From positions 265,298,001 to 265,362,000 of the forward strand of contig OZ024742.1 in assembly GCA_964016885.1 (NCBI GenBank): a stretch of 64,000 nucleotides of DNA, given 5' to 3'. This document shows positions 55,016-64,000 of the stretch, in pieces (the stretch's first letter is position 1; each line of letters starts with the position of its first letter). A program made the translations under genes and the position numbers. This stretch comes from Eledone cirrhosa. Its lineage: Eukaryota. Below the pieces are notes generated by a model. It was not told the DNA's origin. It worked only from the letters and a program-made list of their open reading frames with translations, and searched no databases.

Positions 55016-55631
55016 TTCCCTTAAAATATTGTAGTTGGTGCCAGATCTCCTAGGAGATTGACCTCACATAGACAGCCAGCCCATCCATGCAGGCTTTCAT
55101 TTCTCCTTTACTTCAAATACTACTGAGTTTAAAAGCTTTATTAGCCTTATAGCTCATAGAGACATTTTTGTCATATATAAAAAAACTGTATGTGTCTATG
55201 TGTGTGTATGTGTGTGTGTGTATGTATGTCTGTCTCTAGGTATATAGGTGTGTCTGTTTCAATATGTATGCGTGTGCATGTGTATGTGAGCAATATATTT
55301 CTTCTGGGTAATTTGTTTCATGTCCTATTCAACACAAATACCAGTTTGTTTTGACTAGACATAAAGACGCTGTATTTTACAGGCATAGGAAATAAAATCT
55401 TGTTTCGTTTATAGTTTACCTAAAAGGCATTTGTTATGTAAATAAGGTGAATATGGTTTCAACAGAGAATCGAAATTGCGGCCAGAAATCTGCAGGCCTT
55501 GATATTCACCGTTATTTTAAAACACTCGCTAAATTTATTAAAAAATAATAGTTTCAGGTCCAGTTTTCTATCATTCTCACTCTGGCGATTTCTCGGTCTA
55601 TATGGAAAGTTGAAGCCCCTTTCATAATCTC

Positions 55632-55693
<62 letters not shown>

Positions 55694-55944
55694 ACATGTA
55701 CATATTTGCCATATCACTGCCATCTCCTCTTGTCTCTTATTTTTCGGTTAGTCACTGGTCTGTTTTTAACTGCTCACTGCGGCAGAATTCTGGATTCTAT
55801 GTTGCGTATTGCCAAAACTCAAACCAAAATAGTTGGCAGAAGACCGAAACTAGGAGTTTGCTTCCTCGGATTTGTTAAATTGTTCCCTTTACACAAACAC
55901 ACGCAAACACACACACACGCAAACACACACACAACCGCACACTC

Positions 55945-55978
<34 letters not shown>

Positions 55979-55989
55979 TTATATATATA

Positions 55990-56756
55990 TTATAAAATTT
56001 GGGAGAAATATCCAAGGGTATGAACACTCAGTCCATAGAACGATTTACAACAGTAACATATACAGGTACTTAAGTTTCGTTGGGTTCTACACCCCAACTC
56101 AGTCAGCCTTTTTAAGAATAATAAAGATGGCCGCCGGAGGTTGCATTTGGTTTCCTTTCTGAAGATTGCTCAAGAGTTAAAAAAAGGCAGATTATTTAGT
56201 AAATAGTTATAAGTAGCTATGAGCAGAAACAATAGGTAAGATCAAGGTAGGTAACTCTTGCAAAATTAAACTCAAGAATGAGGAAAATATTTTTCTAAGA
56301 TACCACAAAAAATCCAAATTCCTTGACATAAACATTAGGCAATAACTCAAAGAAAATATATTCTTTGGCATCAGGATTGGTTAGTTAAGTCTAAACCTTT
56401 CAGAATGTACCTCATTTCGTGTGGACAGCGGCTAAAGCAGTCAAGCCGTGTATTTAGGCAGTGTTTATCTGAAGGTAGTTGAGAGAGTATATTCCATTTT
56501 TTCGAGTTACAAAGACGTCAAGGTTTCATTCCATTAACATCGTCCTCACTCTTGACTTTAATTTTGCAAGAGTTACCTCACTCGAACTTGCCTATTATGT
56601 CTGCCCATAGCTATTTATAACTACTTTCTAGTAATCTTTAGAAAGGAAACCAAATTGAACCTCCAGCAGCCATCTTTGATATTCTTATGACAGGCTGAAT
56701 GTCTTGGGGTCCAGGACCCAATGAAACTTAAGTACCTGTATATGTTACTGCTGTAA
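55990..56756 (-). mobile_element. Foldback element with ~230-bp arms, each carrying a hammerhead variant
   Basis: Arms 56046-56284 and 56543-56756. Minus 56062-56110: agg-CTGACTGA-gttggg-gtgtagaa-cccaac-GAAA-cttaag-TA-cct. Plus 56690-56739 is more decayed. Confidence 0.75.
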
Positions 56757-56986
56757 CTATATATATATATTAAAATAACAGATTAAAGTTTAAGCAAAGA
56801 TTCGCTGCTTTCACCCTTAACGGATTCTGAAACTCGGAAATCTTTGGATTTTAGTCTTCACGTTTATTATTACTATATATATATAATATATATATGTATG
56901 TTAAAGGTAAACAGAAATAACAACACAATCGGTACAGTATATGGAAGGGATATATTAGGCTAACGCTTGATATAGCAGGAAGATGG

Positions 56987-57022
56987 TCTTAACGTTTCGG
57001 ATACTAGTCCTTCATCAGAAGA
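56987..57022 (-). ncRNA. Minimal PLE-type hammerhead
   Basis: Reverse complement tctt-CTGATGA-a-gga-ctagta-tcc-GAAA-cg-TT-aaga. Its downstream region (56765-56950) recurs at 4575-4940 and 9545-9595. Confidence 0.8.
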
Positions 57023-57499
57023 AAGAATGAGAAATAAGACAGATTGGGGGGTGGGACGGCCGGGCTGGAATTGGAAAAAATGTCTTTAGATAAAAATAAC
57101 AGGTCCATTCATTAGAGAGAGAGAGAGAGAGAGATGTATGTGTATGTGTGAATATGATGCCTCAGCGTAGCTGCAGTATACTGACTGGAACATGTAGCAT
57201 AAAAATAAAAGTATAAAATAATATCATATCAGCAATACGATAGACATCGAAATAATTCCTTATATACGTATATACGCATTTATGTATGTACGTTCTCTTT
57301 CTCTTAAGTCGAATACGTTTTTGACTGGTCACCATCTTGGTTGTAAAAGAAAGGAAATTTTCAACTCTTGAATCGCAAGAATATTTTGCAAATTTTGAAG
57401 GTGCCAGATATCGAGGCCATTTGTAGTCTATAAATTAGGAAGCTGCGTTTTTTGTCCACAAATCCAATTTCATTTATGTACGTATGTATGTATGTATGT

Positions 57500-57950
57500 A
57501 CAAAGGAGCTCTTAAGAGTCAATGGCCATCCAAAATCACCGGGAGAGATGACCCCTTAGCCTTTGTCAAGGCAGAATTCTAGGAGAAGGAAAACTCTGAT
57601 ATAACACCTGCAACCTCGATGGTATCCAATGATGTTGACTTGTTCTTCTTTTTGGTAAATATCATATTGGTTAAGAGAGTGGGATTGGCTTTGTGCAGTG
57701 CCTTTGCTCACTATAAAAGCTTCACGGCACAGGTATTGCTTTTTATCTGGAGATCTCTCTGCACTTGTCGTCACATAGTACCAAGGGCCCAGCACTACGT
57801 GTCAATAATTGTCACAAGTGTAGTGTTTGTACCAGAGTTTTCAAGTCGCTGGCTGGACTAAAAAGTCACACTCGTTCAGCGCATCGGTAGGGGTTCTCCT
57901 ACATGGATATAAAGTAGTGGCCGTACTCAAAAACGAGTTGGCAGCCACCA
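57500..57950 (-). mobile_element. Highly decayed RLE-type LINE fragment
   Basis: Partial motifs resembling the R4 C-terminus (H..V...I.., LWD..I, .PD/YDI). Confidence 0.35.
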
Positions 57951-58656
57951 TGTATGTATGTATGACTTACAAACACACACATATACGTGTGCGTGTTTTG
58001 TAATTATGCCTGTGTGTATTTGTATGTCCGTATATTTTAACTGCTTACTACTCTTTTATTCCACCTTTGAATTAATTATAGAGTTTTTTTTTTCTTTCAC
58101 AGTACAAAATTGTTAAAATCCTTAGAGCCTTACATAAAATCCCTTCTTGTATATCTTCCGGCGCTATGTGTCCTGTGTTCAAATTCCGTCGAGACCATCT
58201 TTGACTTTCATCCTTCTGGACTCGATAAACCAAAGTATGTCAAGAACTGGGGTCGACTTAATCCACTTTAAATTGCTGAACTTGACCTAAATTAGAAACA
58301 TTTATGATTATTGGAAAGTAGTAGAATGGTAGAATTGCTAGAGCGGAAATTGTTCCTATTTTCCCCCGTTTGGTTTTAAAATCCTATTAAGTGCAAATAT
58401 TCCTTTCGTCTTTCTGTAGTTCATAATATTAATAACGCTTAGTTACCAGGTCGATATTACCAACTATTACAACCAAATTTCTAGTCTTGTGCTAATGTTT
58501 AAAATAGTTATATTTTTTACGATAAACAATATCCTTCATCTTTTCGGATTCTACAATTTCTTTCTTATCCCATCTTACAAAATTTTACTTCATGAGTTTA
58601 AATCCGTACAGGATATTACTTTGTGTTTCTGGTCAGAACTATTTATTCTACATTAT

Positions 58657-58842
58657 GGATTGGCAGTATCGGTAGAGAGTCGGACACCATGCTTTGAAGC
58701 ATAGAGTTACGTCCCTTTATGATCTGAGTTCAAATCCCGCCGAGGATAACTTTGCCTTTCATCCTTATGGGGTCGATAAAATAAAGTACCAGTAATGTAC
58801 TGGGTAATTGCTGGCCTTGTGCCAAAAGTAGAAACAATTATT
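58657..58842 (+). mobile_element. tRNA-derived Nin/Deu-like SINE (older diverged copies at about 58165-58500)
   Basis: Family head, core and tail. Confidence 0.9.
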
Positions 58843-59419
58843 ACAGCCAAACTAGTTACGAGAAGAAAGTCGTTGCCATAGATTCTGGGAATGATGCCAG
58901 GAGCATACAAGCATCCTTTGAAAATGGGTTGACTCGTATAGGATTGGTGATGCTCCTTAGCCTCTATGTGAGCGATTCATATAAGAACTGTTGGGGAAAC
59001 ATGATCAATGAGGTTGGATTACACCCACTCGTTTATCACTACAATGCATATCGATTCTCTAAAAAAAACCTCCTTGAATGACATTATCAGCTGCGTCACA
59101 ATTACAGCTTAGAAGCCTCGACCGGGGTAACGGTAGGCGTTCAATTGAGATAATTTTCTCCAGGTCCAACATCATCGCCTCCACTACAATTTCGGGCTCC
59201 ACAGCTCGTAACGATGAGAAGCGGAAGATGAAGGACATATCGGGTTTTAGCAGATCGTTTCCTTCTTGTGCAGGTTTGGCAAAGTATCATAATGATGACT
59301 GGCGCGAATAAGACCACCAAAACTGCAACTGCAATATGGTGAGAGGAACAGACAAGAGAACCATACCGCATCGTTCTTTACGTGGGTTAACAAGGGACGC
59401 GTTAAGGCCTTAGGTAGAG

Positions 59420-62400
59420 GGACCTGTTCGAAAATATATTGCGTCTCCATTTCATGTCGCAAAAACTGGCGATGGGACGGTGGCGTGTCCTGAGAGGTGT
59501 GTGATGGACGTACAAATATTGTGTATCCCGATACCCCAAAGAGAGTCCGGAAGGGAGAAAATCTTGATAATTGGAACCTGGAACATCACAACCCCAACGG
59601 ATAAAGAACAGGAACTAATGGAGGAGGCTTAATGCTACCTGCTAGATATAGTCGGAGTTTCCTCAACAAGGTTCCATAGCTCTGATACTGTAGATTTGAT
59701 TAGAGGATGGAAACGACACTATTCAAGTGTGGTGCCAGAAATGACTGCACAGGTGGGAGTGGGGATATTTACGAGCCCCCGCTTTCAGAATATGTTATGA
59801 ACTACATCCCCTTAAGATGGAGGATATGCTTCCTGAAGCTAAGGCTAAAGATAGGTCTCTGAAGATGATGCAAGTTTATGAACCAAACAAGGAGTTCAAA
59901 TATAGGTCCTTCCTTGATGAAGTCACTACAGCGTTATATGTGGTTAAGACTGAGTCATATATGCTGATGGAAGACTTCAATGTTGGCACTGACGGCCTGA
60001 CATAGAAAGGAGTGATTGGAAGGGATGGTGACCCGATTTAAATACGAAAGGAGAGTCCTTACTAGACTTCTGTTCTAGCAATGGGTTCTCTATTATGAAC
60101 ACAGAGATTCCAGCAGAGGGATATTCAAAAATATATTGTATACGTGGAATCGGGGACTGAGTTCATTAATTGATTTTGTTATTGTCACTAATCTCCTCGA
60201 TTCTGTGCTGGATGTTCGTGTTAAGAGAGGGGGTTGAGCTGTCAACTTTTCGCCATCTAGTTATCTACACCTTGTGATTACCTAAAGCCAAAGAATCCCA
60301 CAAAACTGGCAGGTCCAGGGAGACCTACAGGATAAAGTAGATAGCATTGGTAGATAAGGAAGTCAGGACCAGGTATGCAGATACACGTATTATTGCATCC
60401 AAATTCAGAGAACACCCTAAGCAAACTGAGTGGAGATTGTTCAGCTCAACAGTTTCTGCTCCAGCTGTTAAATGCTGCGGGCGAAAGAAACTTGGTGTGG
60501 TTCTGGATGGCAGGAGGAAGACTCTATTCAATCAAGAGATCAAAGATGCCATCCGAGCAAAGAAGGAGGCCTACAAAACTTGGCTTAAAAATAAATCCTC
60601 CTTATTGCACTTGCAGTAGAAGCAGGCACGAATAATCACAGTAGAGACAATAAAGGCGTCCGAAGTTAAGACATGGGAGGACTTTGGTGTTAAGCTGGAA
60701 TCCGACTTCAGATCAGCAAATAAAGCGTTCTGGCAGACTATCCGCCGACTTCAAAATAAGAAGTCACTCTTCACACCTGCTATCAAGAACGCGTCTGAGG
60801 TTCTCCTCTCTCCAGAGAGGTGCATCCTCGCGTGGTGGAGTTTTATAATTTGCTAATCTCCTAAAGTCTGTCACTAGCATCTTCTGTGCATCTAGGAGCG
60901 TTGACTAACGTCTCGGAGGCTGAGGTTACAACAGCAGCTAAAGAGCTCAAATGTGGCAATGCCGCCGGGGAAGATGAAATCCGATCCAAGATGTTAAAAG
61001 CCTTAAATAGGTAAGTTATTCTCTGGTTGACTCGTATGTGCCGGGTTTCCTGGATCTCTGGCAAGGCACGTAAGCAATGGCAATCGGGAGTGATAATCCC
61101 AATTTTCAAAAAGGGAGACAAATGAGATTGTTCCCATTACAGAGGGATCTCCTTGTTAAGCTGCCCCTGTAAAGTCTATGCTAAGTATCTGGCAAAGAGC
61201 TGCATGGAGATTGTCGAGTCGAAGGTAGCTGATGAACAGTGTGGTTTTTGCCCCGGACGCAGCAGAGCTGACCAACTGTTCACACTGTTGCCAAGAGGTA
61301 TATTCTTGTTTTGTCGACCTCAAAAAGGCGGAACCTGCTCTAGAAGGTTGTGCAGGAGTATGAGATCGATGGTCAGCTTCTCGCTACCCTGATGTCTCTA
61401 TACTAATGCCCGAGTATTTGTGTTCGGATAAATGGTACTAAATTGAAACCATTCAATGCGGGAGTCGGACTCCGCCTAGGGTGCGTATTGTCTCATCTCC
61501 TGTTCATTATTTTCATGGTATCGGTAAAAGGTCGGACGCCATGCTTTCCAGCATAGTTACGTCCCTTTACGATCTGAGTTCAAATCCCGCCGAGGTTGAC
61601 TTTGCCTTTCATCCTTACGGGGTCGATAAAATAAAGTACCAGTAATGCAGTGTGTAATTGCTGGCCTTGTGCCTAAAGTAGAAACAATTATTTTCATGAA
61701 CAGGATTGACATACATAGCTGGGTTGGAAGTGATATTACCACTGCTGGGTGTAAAATCATTCGGCTGGATTTTTCAGACGATATGATGTTACTTAACTCA
61801 CCAGAATGTGATATACGACTTGAACTTGATAGGTTTGATTCCGAGTGTTGCATAGAACGACAACCAATGCTGCTCTTAAGGAAACCTGCGCAGTGCACTC
61901 TACATGTGAATAGAGTTCCACTGAAGCAGGTGGGGAAGTCCAAGTATCTCGGGATCGTGTTCACGAGTGATGGAAGACAGGCGTCTGAATTAAGTGTAAG
62001 AATTGCTGGAGTTGGAGCAGTAGTGCGCCGGCTTCAGCATTCAATAATCAGAAGGGAAGTAGGCGTAAAAGCCAAACTCACTATCTTCAATTCGGTATTC
62101 GTGCCAACCCCTTCCTATGGTCATGTATCTTGGGTAATGACTGAAAGAATACGATCACAAATACAACGGACATGAATGGGGATTCTCCGTAGGGCCTTTG
62201 GAGTAATGTTACTCGATAGAGTGCGTAACTCGGAAATCAGAGAATTTCTCCAGGTGTAGCTGCTACTTCTCCGAATTCAAAGATCACAGCTCCGATACTA
62301 TAGGAATGTCGTTAGAATGTCTCAAGAAAGAATCACTGGACAGATTTTACAAGCAAAACCAACTGGCAGGAGACCCAGGGTCAGACCCCGAGCAAGATTG

Positions 62401-62420
62401 TTGGAAAGCATCCTTGCTGG
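59420..62420 (+). mobile_element. Near full-length decayed RTE LINE (APE endonuclease plus RT)
   Basis: LIIGTWNI, DIVGVSST, GVGI, .DFN, IDFV; AAGEDEI, YRGISLLS, EQCGFCPGRS..DQLF, G.R.GCVLS.LLF, FSDD, KYLG, YG..SW, GRRPRVRPR.RL. Confidence 0.9.
61518..61686 (+). mobile_element. SINE inserted in the RTE RT, with 12-bp TSD
   Basis: attattttcatg at 61506-61517 and 61687-61698. Confidence 0.92.
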
Positions 62421-62899
62421 TCTTTTATTGTTGCGAACCCATTCTTGTCAGTGAGGGTGCCTTTTGAAAATAATGCATCATAGTTCGTTCTTACTTTATA
62501 CAGAGCATCGGACGATGAGATATCTCCAGCACAGTCGCAAATCTTGTCCTGAGCCTGCTCTCAGGCTAGGCCAGGCTTATGTCATCCAAGCCCGCCTCCA
62601 CAATCCCTACCTCATAAAAATTCCGTTGAATTAATGAAACTTCTACTTCACAAGACAGGCTGACAATGAACGTAGGGAAATGGCATATCCACTGTATTAT
62701 TTCATTATTTCAAACATTTTTGTGTGATGATTGGCGGTGTAAAATACTGGAATGTAGAAGATTGCTTAATCTTTTGTAAGAATGTGGCTGGGGCAGGATA
62801 CGGTTGATGTAGTAGCCTATTTGTTTTCTTTTTAATTTATATCTTCATTGGTTTTGTTGTCTCTTTTTAGCGTGCAAGCTATTCGTAATAGAAAGATTT

Positions 62900-63053
62900 G
62901 AAGAAGAAGAAGAAGAAGAAGAAGAAGAAGAAGAAGAAGAAGAAGAAGAAGAAGAAGAAGAAGAAGAAGAAGAAGAAGAAGAAGAAGAAGAAGAAGAAGA
63001 AGAAGAAGAAGAAGAAGAAGAAGAAGAAGAAGAAGAAGAAGAAGAAGAAGAAG
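62900..63053. repeat. (GAA)n microsatellite
   Basis: Pure GAA run. Confidence 0.95.
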
Positions 63054-63370
63054 GCTTTTAACATATAAAAGAAAACTAATAAGAATAATAAAAATAGGTG
63101 GGGTGGTGATGTATGAGTTTGAAGAATAATGCAGCTACAATAGTGGGTGGTTAATAGATTGAGACACACAAAGGATTTATTTAACAGTTATGGAAGGGCA
63201 GCTGTCAGTTTAATTGTGTCCATAAAGCGGGTCCAACGAGCTGCAAAGACACCTGTTTGTTTCAAATGAAAGTTCTTACGCAATTGAGCGTATCTTTACC
63301 GAGCCTTCTCTGTTACAATAACTCTGTTCATTTCTCCGAACTATCAATATACATGCATACATACATTCGT

Positions 63371-63496
<126 letters not shown>

Positions 63497-64000
63497 TGGA
63501 TCTTTCGTCTGTTTCGAAGATGACCACATGTAATTGTTAGTTCAACTGAATGTCCAGCTCATGATTTAATGCGTGGCTGTGTATTCAACAAACACGTGTG
63601 GGCCCTTAACCTAATACACGAGTGTATACGCATTGTTGCATATGCATGAATTAGTAAGTATATGCAAACCCAACCCGAATGTGCATGTGTGTGCATGAAT
63701 TCACTAATAGGTCCTGACTTCCCCATATGCATATGTGAGTGTGTGTAGGCAAATCTGTTTGATAGGCTCATATAGAAGTCCATGTGTGCGAGTACATCTG
63801 TCATATTAACAAAGAAATATTATTCAACGATATATTCACCACGGCAAATAAATTAAAATTAAAATTCATTATGACTAATCACACGTTAAGAAAATTTAAA
63901 TTCATTAAATTAAAAATTAAATTTCATTTAATAACCTTTAGTAAAATAATTTACCATACATACACAGACAGTTATATATTGCACTTAGTAATATATTGAC

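Overview
AT-rich, microsatellite-dense eukaryotic DNA. The SINE and LINE repertoire (Nin/Deu-domain tRNA SINEs, Dong/R4, RTE, Tx1, Penelope-like elements) suggests an octopod cephalopod; this is inference. Most of the window is decayed transposable elements: Penelope-like elements (PLEs) with GIY-YIG endonuclease, Tx1/L1, RTE, Vingi-like and R4/Dong LINEs, a Gypsy pol relic, tRNA-derived SINEs and non-autonomous Helitron-like elements. Only one probable host exon was found (18351-18934, terminal exon, anaphylatoxin-like Cys pattern). The main hidden structure is about 20 type-I hammerhead ribozyme (HHR) motifs, read by eye. They occur in PLE pseudo-LTRs, in short foldback PLE remnants embedded in (TA)n tracts, and in at least three unrelated non-coding units with terminal direct repeats (about 318, 438 and 745-765 nt) that resemble retrozymes, i.e. 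templates for self-cleaving circular RNA. Some cores are unusual: U3-A8 covariation, a CUGACUGA insertion, and very long stem II loops. Coordinates were counted by hand and may be off by a few bases. No ribozyme activity or expression is demonstrated.
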